Of a stretch of DNA of 64,000 nucleotides, positions 10,553-21,538 are shown one piece after another (positions within the stretch are counted from its first letter, which is position 1; each line of letters begins with the position of its first letter). Origin of the DNA: Dudresnaya verticillata (taxonomy: Eukaryota). A program made the position numbers and the translations under genes. The stretch spans positions 744,001 to 808,000 of the forward strand of contig OZ374559.1 of the NCBI GenBank assembly GCA_977862235.1, read 5' to 3'. The notes under the pieces were generated by a model. It saw nothing but the letters and a program-made list of their open reading frames with translations, was not told where the DNA came from and made no database searches.

Positions 10553-11037
10553 TGCGGCGGCGGCGGGAGGGAGCGGCGAGCGCGGCGGCGCATTGCGCGC
10601 GCGTGCGGCGGCGGATCTCGAGGCGTTTTGAGCGTGCGCCAATTGACGCAACTTGTTGCCGGCGCCCGGCCGTCGTGCGTGGCGCGCGCGGGTCTTGACG
10701 CGCTATGCAGAGCACGAGCGGTCGCGCTCGAGGAGAAGAAGACGTCGCCGCGTTGTTCCGTACTACAACTCGCGGCGGTGACGCGGAGCGGTGCAGTCAG
10801 ATGGGTGGCACGTACGGTGCACGTAAGCGTCGAGACTTTAGAAAAGTCAATTGTTCGACACGTCCTGAAGTGCATAGAACAGTCTGTCAGCTTCGTAGGG
10901 CCTTTTTCGTTGATGACAGAGGCTTCGCACCAACTGCTCAAGCGTTTGACGTCTCGGTCATCATTTCAAACTACATGCCATATGCTTATGGACATCTCTG
11001 GCTCCATCACCAATGGCTTTGATTGCGGTGCGCAACG

Positions 11038-12232
11038 CATTCAACTCAGAACAACATTGCTGTGCAATGAACATTCCGACATGTCATGTACAAAAAGATG
11101 TACTCCCCCCGTTGGATCATGGTCATTCCTTCTGCCTTCACCGTTCAGCCTCAATTCGACCCACTACAGCTCCACTCTACTAAATGGCAACCGCAAAACG
11201 AGGGTACAACACTGCGATAACAGCACAACACATTAAGCCGTATCGCGATATTGTGTCGTGAATGGTATCCAGTTTAGAGAGCTGCGAGTAGCAGTTGTCG
11301 CAGTACGTCAACCGTAGAGCGATACGGCAAGCATATGAAGACCAGCCATTAGCGATGTGTATAAAGTTCTCACTATCACATTCTACCAACCATAACAACG
11401 ATTTGAATAGCTTTTTCCTTAGCTAATGCTAGCTGCAATAAGACTCACTGCTCGGTGCATTCCGTGGTATTAACATAACGCAACATAACAGGGATGATGA
11501 GCTCGCTCGCATTCCGAGCACGTCAACCACCTCTGAGATACTCTTGAGACGAAATCCTTCGCACTTTGTGACGAATGTTACGGCCCTATAGGCCAAGGAA
11601 ATGAACAGTTCACAGCTACAGATACTGAATACCTGCCCATTACGCAGCGTTTCAGCCGGAGAACACCAAATTCTATTTGGGTACTTCAACGGGAAAAGTA
11701 AGAGGAGCTTTGTAGCCTCCCACTTTAGCTTCCACCCAATGTCGAGACATTCTTGGGGCTTCTTCCGCCAAGGAAGCCATGAGCTGTAGCGTCTGTATTA
11801 ACCTCACATACAAAGATAAACGGACTATACGGCTTCTGAAGGAACGAGCTTTCTCAAAAGCTTCTTCGCCCAAAGCGATGCGTGTCAGAAATCACGCTAA
11901 TGCGTCGACGGTATCGAAAGCTAAAGAAAATAGAACACTATTGAATAGTGCTCACGGCCTACCACAACGCTAGAGCTCACTGAACTTGTAACATGTTCTG
12001 CGGAAATGGCACAGAATGCAAGAAGCACATTCATTAAAATCAAACATCACATTCAACGAAGAAGAGATGTTCGTGAAAGAAAGTTTTAAGGTTCCGCTTC
12101 TCTATATAAAGCTCAAGCTTTCAGCGGTACAAGTGGGGAACAGAATCCACAAGCGACTTCCAAGATCTGAACAAGAACAACAACTACACCACACAGCACA
12201 CCTAATCTCAGTTTTCAGAAGTTCTCGACCGG
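11038..12232 (+). pseudogene. Diverged paralogous copy of the upstream region, promoter and 5' UTR of the arrayed gene, with no CDS
   Basis: Colinear with 15806-16981 from cattcaactcagaacaacattgctgtgcaatgaacattcc onward, with many substitutions and indels. Ends at ...gttttcagaagttctcgaccgg, just before the position of the ATG in the array unit. Confidence 0.85.
12103..12110 (+). promoter_or_regulatory. TATA box of the relic paralogous promoter
   Basis: TATATAAA in the context aaggttccgcttctc-TATATAAA-gctcaagc, homologous to 12299-12306. Confidence 0.55.
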
Positions 12233-12298
12233 CAGAATGTAATAAGCATTCAACCAAGAAGGAATGTTCTTGAACAAAATATTAAGGTTCCGCTTCAC

Positions 12299-12306
12299 TA
12301 TATAAA
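12299..12306 (+). promoter_or_regulatory. TATA box of the arrayed gene (recurs in every unit, e.g. 16848-16855)
   Basis: TATATAAA 142 nt upstream of the ATG, conserved in the diverged paralogous promoter. The start context is A-rich (ccaaaATG). Confidence 0.65.
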
Positions 12307-12440
12307 TCTCAAGCTATCATCGGTACAAGTGGGGAACAGAATCCACAAGCAACTTCCCCGCTCTGCGGACAAAGGACAACAACTATAGCACACAGCACGC
12401 CCTAACCTCAGTTTTCAGAAGTTCTCGACCGGTACCCAAA

Positions 12441-12899
12441 ATGTATTTCCGTCTTGCAATTCTTGTCGCCCTCCTCTTGGCTCCCTTCTCATCTGCTACA
12501 ACGTGTCCAAACAATGGAATTTGCCTGCCTCGTCACCTGTGCTACGCTCAAGGTCTTCGTCCGCTTCACGGGAATTACTGTGGAGGTCAAGCTGGGGTTG
12601 AATGCTGCCCGGGCTACAGGCCTCGAAGATGTTACTATCGAATTCTTAACTACAACATCCCAGGCGTTTGCCAACCGTCGGCCACATGCAAAGGAACTGG
12701 TGCATTCTCCGTATCGTCTCCCAGCTGCAGTGGGATAAACCAGTGCTGTGTCGGATCTTCGCTGTTGCACCCAACACCACGGCCTACGAGGCCTCCAGTT
12801 CCCACTCGCTATCCTCTTCCGTGCAAGAGTCGAAGCACTAGGACTCTTCAAGTTGCATGCAAAATCAATGAATTCACGAAGCGTGTCTTCAGCTTGTAA
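12441..12899 (+). CDS. Secreted cationic Cys-rich protein (152 aa), two beta-defensin/clip-like six-Cys modules plus Pro/Thr/Arg linker; copy 1
   Basis: Signal peptide MYFRLAILVALLLAPFSSA. Modules C-x5-C-x5-C-x12-C-x7-CC and C-x12-C-x5-C-x12-C-x5-CC, both with GxC. PTPRPTRPPVPT linker. 16 K/R versus 2 E after the signal peptide. TATA box upstream. Confidence 0.85.
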   Translation: MYFRLAILVALLLAPFSSATTCPNNGICLPRHLCYAQGLRPLHGNYCGGQAGVECCPGYRPRRCYYRILNYNIPGVCQPSATCKGTGAFSVSSPSCSGINQCCVGSSLLHPTPRPTRPPVPTRYPLPCKSRSTRTLQVACKINEFTKRVFSL

Positions 12900-13955
12900 T
12901 ATAGGCAGTATGTCGATGATTGTTCCTCATAATTGGTGTGGGAAGAAATTGTTGGGAATGAATCTCTATCCATCCGGTCGTGGTAAACTATTGTTGCTTT
13001 TCTCAACTTTGAGAATAAGGGGATGCCTGCTGTTGTTGCGTTTCTGGCGTCAATAGTCCTGCGACAGTTTGTATTTAAATCCTGAGAAATAACTTGCCTG
13101 CACGGGCGACCGTAGCAACTGGCTTGTTGTTCTATGGTATCCCTTGCATCTTCTCGCACTTTCCAAGCGCGATCAAGGGATTTTCGATTCCTCTGCCAGC
13201 TGTCCCGTCATGAATGTGCTTGCAGATAAGCGGGATCATCTTCGCATGGACATATTTGTTGATGATAGAAGCTTTACCCACTGTGTGTCTGCAAGCCGTC
13301 GGGGTTTTTGTTATTAGCCCTCACTCTTTTCGTGGCTCCGCGGGCCGCGTTTGCGATTAAGGTATCTATTCTCGCCAACTTCAGAAGCACGAAAACTATC
13401 GCAGGGTCTGTGACAGCCTGTGGATGGAACTCCACCCCATGGCGATGGATATTTAAACACATATGGGCGCATTGGGACAGGATTCGAACGGGCTTGGAAT
13501 GTAGGGGATTGCTTCTTTCATGGCTGTGAAGAAAGAAACCTCCCCTTCTGCTGAAGAGATCAACTTCCTACTCGTATTTTGTCTCCTGTTGTTCAACGTG
13601 TGGCTCTCAACGTCAATTGACACAAACGTTCCTCCGCTCTACTGAGTGACAGTCCATAACCTCACTTATGGAGTTTCTTGCTATTCCTCAGTAAAGTTGA
13701 TCTCTCTCTGACTTTTTGTCTCTCTCTCTCAATCTAACATGTTGCAGCATTGAGATAATCGTTTTCGGGGCGTTGTACGGTGGAGTACCATGGGTTATAT
13801 CCATCCATTGCGAGAGATGTGATGCATCTATCGAGTAAGACGACAGTTGGTTGCTGTGGCTTCTCTAAAAATAAAGCATCGCGCTCTCACCCCCAACGGA
13901 ATTGAGTTCGAGGCCAGCAGCGATCTTAATAAGCAAGCATCCCTTTATCGTAATA

Positions 13956-14300
13956 GGAAGAGGTGGCACACACCTTTAATGTAACCTAAGGAGCAACTCT
14001 GGGAAAAAGGTCTAACTACTACCTCGAACCCTATAATAAAGGTCCCCATCTCTATAACTACCAGAACATATAGCAGGAGGAGGAGGAGGAGGAGGAGATA
14101 GGTTGCGGCGATTCACGCTAACGGCAACAGGAAATACATTGAAGAACGAGCGTAGTAAGGGACAGTAATAGAGATAACATCTCAGTGATGCGGGAGGTCC
14201 CTTTCTTGACAGTAATGTTATGCATTGAATGTAATCAGCGATGCGTTGAATAGGAGTGTCAAAACCGAAACCAATGCGGCCGTAAACATCAATAACCATC
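13956..14300 (-). mobile_element. Probable 5'-truncated non-LTR retroelement fragment with long flanking direct repeats (in every complete array unit)
   Basis: Flanked by aagcaagcatcccttta-tcgtaata (13931-13955) and aagcaagcatccctttaatcgcaata (14301-14326). A minus-strand frame is open from the 5' edge (VIDVYGRIG...IQRIA...VAVSVNRR). Weak similarity to the 325-493 element. Confidence 0.4.
14075..14097. repeat. (AGG)7 microsatellite (in every complete array unit)
   Basis: aggaggaggaggaggaggaggag; the 96-aa minus-strand ORF across it has the same poly-Pro length in all units. Confidence 0.85.
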
Positions 14301-16989
14301 AAGCAAGCATCCCTTTAATCGCAATAACCGTAGCATGCAAATGAATATCCAGGTTTCCACGCTCGCGATGATATTGTGACAGCTTGACCTGTTCACGTTA
14401 GGCGATAGCTTGGATATTCACTACCTTTCCTGTTGTGGTTTGTTCGGTGATGAGCTAGGTTGAATGCATAGGTTGCACTCTAATGTTACATTATTTATTT
14501 TCTTCTGCTTGTCCCTGCGCGTGTAACTGTGGCCTCATGCGCTGTAAAAGCAGCAGGCAGTGTTTGTTCTGCTTCAACACCGAAATTGTGATGAAACTGC
14601 CGCTTCTCTCAACAATTGCCTTCAAATAAACAAAAGATGAGATGTGAAAGCGAACTCAGCGGATGACACCCCTATGTACTATAAAGAGCCTGACAACAAG
14701 ACAGTATTGTGTCGAGAAAAAGGGGGAAGCAGCCAGATCCTATCGGTTCACAGTCGGCGATACGATGTTATACAACACAAAGATAGAAAAAGTAGGATAT
14801 AGTCAACTAAGGAGTGAGGAAGACCAACTTCAAATTTAGTCCAAAACTAGTGCATCGGTCAAGCCCAGGCCACGAACTGAAGCGTAGAGGGATTTTGTTG
14901 TATAACAGGAAAGTGAGTGACGGAGAAACAGGTTTACTGCAATACATCAAACCCTCAAGATTCCAGCTGTAATATCAGCTGTGTTGACTTCATAAAGACG
15001 TCCAAGCCGTTTAGATTTATGGAATTTAAGTGAGTACTGTTGAATTGAATGATGATGTTTTATTAAGACTTGAGAAAAAAAGAAGGAAGCTCTAAAGACA
15101 TTTCTCTGTGAAGCAAACACCGTTGCAGCACAAAGCCTACGATTCACATTGATACCTGCAAAGTGCAGAATACTCAAGACTAGGATAGAGGATAATGTGC
15201 GATATTCCTGAGAGGGATTAGTGCCTTGACGGGAGGAGATGTATTGCGCAGGTGCCTGGAGGTATTAGCGACTGTGACACACGGCACCCGGAAACTGTAG
15301 ACCAACCAGTTCGTTGAGGTCTCCAATTCGAAGAATATGCAAGGCCAAGCAGTGCCCAGACGGGGCAGGACAATGGACTAGGATGGCCGTGTCACAAACA
15401 GATCGACGCAAGTCGGCATCGCACAGAGGGCCGGTAGTGCAAACGTTAAGTACCACAAATTGGACTCAATGATGGAACAAAGTGAAGAGTGTGAGGAAGG
15501 CGCTCCGCTGCTCTACAACTCTAATTCTAACGTTCTGTTTTCCCACGTGATACTTTGTTCTTCAGTCGCCTCGTGGTCATTCTCTCAAATACTTTTCCGG
15601 ATGGCCTGCTGTACCATTGCTTCCTATTATTGAGCGTAGGGACCACAACTGCGATTGCCAATGCTGCGGGTCCCTGCACTCAGGCACCTCACTCCCCCAT
15701 TCCCTATTCAGCCATCACCGTATGTACCATAGTATGTGGGAATTAGCAGGGACCATATCAAAGCCATTGGAACATGACAACCATGCTACTTTTTGTATGG
15801 CTTGTCATTCAACTCAGAACAACATTGCTGTGCAATGAACATTCCTAAATAGCATGTACAGAACGATGTACTCCCCCTTGGTTCATGGTCATTCCTTCTG
15901 CCTTCACCATTCAACCTCACTTCGATCCACTACTGCTCCACTCTACCAAATGGCAACCGCAAAACGAGGGTACAACAGTGCGATAACAGCACAACACATT
16001 AATCTGTATCGCGATATTGTGTCGTGAATTGTAGCTGAGTTTAAAGAACGTAGCAGTTGCCGCAGTACACCAACCGTAGGGCGCTGCCGTAAACCTCTGA
16101 AGACCAGCCGATACCGACATGTTTAAAGTTCTCACTATCACAACACACATTCTATGGACCATAACAACCATTTGAATATCTTTTTACCCCAGCTAATGCT
16201 AGTTGCAATAAGACTCACTGCTCGAACGTCGATGCATTCCGTGGTATGAAGATACAGGGATGATGCCCTCGCATTCCGAGCTCGTCAACCATCTCTGGGA
16301 TACTCTTGAGACGAAATCCTTCGCACTTTGGGATGAATGTTGTGACCCTATAGGCCAAGGAAATGAACGGTTCACAGCTACAGGATTCTGAATACCCGCG
16401 CATTACGCAGCGTTTCAGCCGGAGAACGCCAAATTCTATTTCGGTACTTCAAGGGGAAAGGTAAAAGGAGCTCTGCAACCTCCCACTTTAGCTTCCACTC
16501 AGTGTCAAGGCAGTCTTGAGGCTTCTTTCCCGCGAAGGAAATCATGAGATGTAGCATCTGTATTAACCTCACACACAAAGATAAAAGGAACATACGGCTT
16601 CTGAAGGAACGAGCTTTCTCAAGCTTCTTCGCCAACTACCATGTGTGGAGGAGAACACGCCAATGTGTCGAAGGTACCGAAATCTAAAGAACGTCTCACA
16701 CCATTCACACCATTCAATGGTACACATCAACTTGCACGGCACTAGTTCACTGCACTTGTAACATGTTTTGCGGAAATGGAACAGAATGTAATAAGCATTC
16801 AACCAAGAAGGAATGTTCTTGAACAAAATATTAAGGTTCCGCTTCACTATATAAATCTCAAGCTATCATCGGTACAAGTGGGGAACAGAATCCACAAGCA
16901 ACTTCCCCGCTCTGCGGACAAAGGACAACAACTATAGCACACAGCACGCCCTAACCTCAGTTTTCAGAAGTTCTCGACCGGTACCCAAA

Positions 16990-17448
16990 ATGTATTTCCG
17001 TCTTGCAATTCTTGTCGCCCTCCTCTTGGCTCCCTTCTCATCTGCTACAACGTGTCCAAACAATGGAATTTGCCTGCCTCGTCACCTGTGCTACGCTCAA
17101 GGTCTTCGTCCGCTTCACGGGAATTACTGTGGAGGTCAAGCTGGGGTTGAATGCTGCCCGGGCTACAGGCCTCGAAGATGTTACTATCGAATTCTTAACT
17201 ACAACATCCCAGGCGTTTGCCAACCGTCGGCCACATGCAAAGGAACTGGTGCATTCTCCGTATCGTCTCCCAGCTGCAGTGGGATAAACCAGTGCTGTGT
17301 CGGATCTTCGCTGTTGCACCCAACACCACGGCCTACGAGGCCTCCAGTTCCCACTCGCTATCCTCTTCCGTGCAAGAGTCGAAGCACTAGGACTCTTCAA
17401 GTTGCATGCAAAATCAATGAATTCACGAAGCGTGTCTTCAGCTTGTAA
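16990..17448 (+). CDS. Secreted defensin/clip-like Cys-rich protein, copy 2
   Basis: Translation identical to copy 1. Confidence 0.85.
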   Translation: MYFRLAILVALLLAPFSSATTCPNNGICLPRHLCYAQGLRPLHGNYCGGQAGVECCPGYRPRRCYYRILNYNIPGVCQPSATCKGTGAFSVSSPSCSGINQCCVGSSLLHPTPRPTRPPVPTRYPLPCKSRSTRTLQVACKINEFTKRVFSL

Positions 17449-20400
17449 TATAGGCAGTATGTCGATGATTGTTCCTCATAATTGGTGTGGGAAGAAATTG
17501 TTGGGAATGAATCTCTATCCATCCGGTCGTGGTAAACTATTGTTGCTTTTCTCAACTTTGAGAATAAGGGGATGCCTGCTGTTGTTGCGTTTCTGGCGTC
17601 AATAGTCCTGCGACAGTTTGTATTTAAATCCTGAGAAATAACTTGCCTGCACGGGCGACCGTAGCAACTGGCTTGTTGTTCTATGGTATCCCTTGCATCT
17701 TCTCGCACTTTCCAAGCGCGATCAAGGGATTTTCGATTCCTCTGCCAGCTGTCCCGTCATGAATGTGCTTGCAGATAAGCGGGATCATCTTCGCATGGAC
17801 ATATTTGTTGATGATAGAAGCTTTACCCACTGTGTGTCTGCAAGCCGTCGGGGTTTTTGTTATTAGCCCTCACTCTTTTCGTGGCTCCGCGGGCCGCGTT
17901 TGCGATTAAGGTATCTATTCTCGCCAACTTCAGAAGCACGAAAACTATCGCAGGGTCTGTGACAGCCTGTGGATGGAACTCCACCCCATGGCGATGGATA
18001 TTTAAACACATATGGGCGCATTGGGACAGGATTCGAACGGGCTTGGAATGTAGGGGATTGCTTCTTTCATGGCTGTGAAGAAAGAAACCTCCCCTTCTGC
18101 TGAAGAGATCAACTTCCTACTCGTATTTTGTCTCCTGTTGTTCAACGTGTGGCTCTCAACGTCAATTGACACAAACGTTCCTCCGCTCTACTGAGTGACA
18201 GTCCATAACCTCACTTATGGAGTTTCTTGCTATTCCTCAGTAAAGTTGATCTCTCTCTGACTTTTTGTCTCTCTCTCTCAATCTAACATGTTGCAGCATT
18301 GAGATAATCGTTTTCGGGGCGTTGTACGGTGGAGTACCATGGGTTATATCCATCCATTGCGAGAGATGTGATGCATCTATCGAGTAAGACGACAGTTGGT
18401 TGCTGTGGCTTCTCTAAAAATAAAGCATCGCGCTCTCACCCCCAACGGAATTGAGTTCGAGGCCAGCAGCGATCTTAATAAGCAAGCATCCCTTTATCGT
18501 AATAGGAAGAGGTGGCACACACCTTTAATGTAACCTAAGGAGCAACTCTGGGAAAAAGGTCTAACTACTACCTCGAACCCTATAATAAAGGTCCCCATCT
18601 CTATAACTACCAGAACATATAGCAGGAGGAGGAGGAGGAGGAGGAGATAGGTTGCGGCGATTCACGCTAACGGCAACAGGAAATACATTGAAGAACGAGC
18701 GTAGTAAGGGACAGTAATAGAGATAACATCTCAGTGATGCGGGAGGTCCCTTTCTTGACAGTAATGTTATGCATTGAATGTAATCAGCGATGCGTTGAAT
18801 AGGAGTGTCAAAACCGAAACCAATGCGGCCGTAAACATCAATAACCATCAAGCAAGCATCCCTTTAATCGCAATAACCGTAGCATGCAAATGAATATCCA
18901 GGTTTCCACGCTCGCGATGATATTGTGACAGCTTGACCTGTTCACGTTAGGCGATAGCTTGGATATTCACTACCTTTCCTGTTGTGGTTTGTTCGGTGAT
19001 GAGCTAGGTTGAATGCATAGGTTGCACTCTAATGTTACATTATTTATTTTCTTCTGCTTGTCCCTGCGCGTGTAACTGTGGCCTCATGCGCTGTAAAAGC
19101 AGCAGGCAGTGTTTGTTCTGCTTCAACACCGAAATTGTGATGAAACTGCCGCTTCTCTCAACAATTGCCTTCAAATAAACAAAAGATGAGATGTGAAAGC
19201 GAACTCAGCGGATGACACCCCTATGTACTATAAAGAGCCTGACAACAAGACAGTATTGTGTCGAGAAAAAGGGGGAAGCAGCCAGATCCTATCGGTTCAC
19301 AGTCGGCGATACGATGTTATACAACACAAAGATAGAAAAAGTAGGATATAGTCAACTAAGGAGTGAGGAAGACCAACTTCAAATTTAGTCCAAAACTAGT
19401 GCATCGGTCAAGCCCAGGCCACGAACTGAAGCGTAGAGGGATTTTGTTGTATAACAGGAAAGTGAGTGACGGAGAAACAGGTTTACTGCAATACATCAAA
19501 CCCTCAAGATTCCAGCTGTAATATCAGCTGTGTTGACTTCATAAAGACGTCCAAGCCGTTTAGATTTATGGAATTTAAGTGAGTACTGTTGAATTGAATG
19601 ATGATGTTTTATTAAGACTTGAGAAAAAAAGAAGGAAGCTCTAAAGACATTTCTCTGTGAAGCAAACACCGTTGCAGCACAAAGCCTACGATTCACATTG
19701 ATACCTGCAAAGTGCAGAATACTCAAGACTAGGATGGAGGATAATGTGCGATATTCCTGAGAGGGATTAGTGCCTTGACGGGAGGAGATGTATTGCGCAG
19801 GTGCCTGGAGGTATTAGCGACTGTGACACACGGCACCCGGAAACTGTAGACCAACCAGTTCGTTGAGGTCTCCAATTCGAAGAATATGCAAGGCCAAGCA
19901 GTGCCCAGACGGGGCAGGACAATGGACTAGGATGGCCGTGTCACAAACAGATCGACGCAAGTCGGCATCGCACAGAGGGCCGGTAGTGCAAACGTTAAGT
20001 ACCACAAATTGGTCTCAATGATGGAACAAAGTGAAGAGTGTGAGGAAGGCGCTCCGCTGCTCTACAACTCTAATTCTAACGTTCTGTTTTCCCACGTGAT
20101 ACTTTGTTCTTCAGTCGCCTCGTGGTCATTCTCTCAAATACTTTTCCGGATGGCCTGCTGTACCATTGCTTCCTATTATTGAGCGTAGGGACCACAACTG
20201 CGATTGCCAATGCTGCGGGTCCCTGCACTCAGGCACCTCACTCCCCCATTCCCTATTCAGCCATCACCGTATGTACCATAGTATGTGGGAATTAGCAGGG
20301 ACCATATCAAAGCCATTGGAACATGACAACCATGCTACTTTTTGTATGGCTTGTCATTCAACTCAGAACAACATTGCTGTGCAATGAACATTCCTAAATA

Positions 20401-21538
20401 GCATGTACAGAACGATGTACTCCCCCTTGGTTCATGGTCATTCCTTCTGCCTTCACCATTCAACCTCACTTCGATCCACTACTGCTCCACTCTACCAAAT
20501 GGCAACCGCAAAACGAGGGTACAACAGTGCGATAACAGCACAACACATTAATCTGTATCGCGATATTGTGTCGTGAATTGTAGCTGAGTTTAAAGAACGT
20601 AGCAGTTGCCGCAGTACACCAACCGTAGGGCGCTGCCGTAAACCTCTGAAGACCAGCCGATACCGACATGTTTAAAGTTCTCACTATCACAACACACATT
20701 CTATGGACCATAACAACCATTTGAATATCTTTTTACCCCAGCTAATGCTAGTTGCAATAAGACTCACTGCTCGAACGTCGATGCATTCCGTGGTATGAAG
20801 ATACAGGGATGATGCCCTCGCATTCCGAGCTCGTCAACCATCTCTGGGATACTCTTGAGACGAAATCCTTCGCACTTTGGGATGAATGTTGTGACCCTAT
20901 AGGCCAAGGAAATGAACGGTTCACAGCTACAGGATTCTGAATACCCGCGCATTACGCAGCGTTTCAGCCGGAGAACGCCAAATTCTATTTCGGTACTTCA
21001 AGGGGAAAGGTAAAAGGAGCTCTGCAACCTCCCACTTTAGCTTCCACTCAGTGTCAAGGCAGTCTTGAGGCTTCTTTCCCGCGAAGGAAATCATGAGATG
21101 TAGCATCTGTATTAACCTCACACACAAAGATAAAAGGAACATACGGCTTCTGAAGGAACGAGCTTTCTCAAGCTTCTTCGCCAACTACCATGTGTGGAGG
21201 AGAACACGCCAATGTGTCGAAGGTACCGAAATCTAAAGAACGTCTCACACCATTCACACCATTCAATGGTACACATCAACTTGCACGGCACTAGTTCACT
21301 GCACTTGTAACATGTTTTGCGGAAATGGAACAGAATGTAATAAGCATTCAACCAAGAAGGAATGTTCTTGAACAAAATATTAAGGTTCCGCTTCACTATA
21401 TAAATCTCAAGCTATCATCGGTACAAGTGGGGAACAGAATCCACAAGCAACTTCCCCGCTCTGCGGACAAAGGACAACAACTATAGCACACAGCACGCCC
21501 TAACCTCAGTTTTCAGAAGTTCTCGACCGGTACCCAAA

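Noticed and set aside
10553..10651. ORF-track start of the protease at 10651
   Set aside because: That codon is TTG. The first in-frame ATG is at 10552 and directly precedes a signal peptide.
8823..11236. Long overlapping ORFs (630, 766, 539, 418 and 275 aa) across the GC-rich region
   Set aside because: Arg/Ala-rich shadow frames caused by stop-codon scarcity at very high GC. Only the frame with the signal peptide and protease motifs is credible.
13465..13560. tRNA or Pol III gene suggested by GTTCGAATCC on the minus strand (also GAGTTCGAGGCC near 13904)
   Set aside because: The T-stem does not pair; no acceptor or anticodon arms and no A-box at the right distance.
14740..14870. Possible Ty3/Gypsy integrase C-terminal relic (FTVGDTMLYNTK ... 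KFSPK in another frame)
   Set aside because: Too short and degenerate to support without a profile search.
16535..16570. U2 snRNA-like word (gatgtagcatctgt) as the reason for the tandem array
   Set aside because: It mismatches the invariant GTAGTA branch-pairing sequence, lacks the U2 5' end, and differs in the diverged copy. No U1, U6, 5S or rRNA signatures were recognised in the unit.
12900..16850. Many 60-103 aa ORFs in the array spacer as additional genes
   Set aside because: Short, many with non-ATG starts, no motifs. Those overlapping the diverged 11038-12232 copy do not keep the same ORF boundaries. Their recurrence only reflects the DNA repeat.
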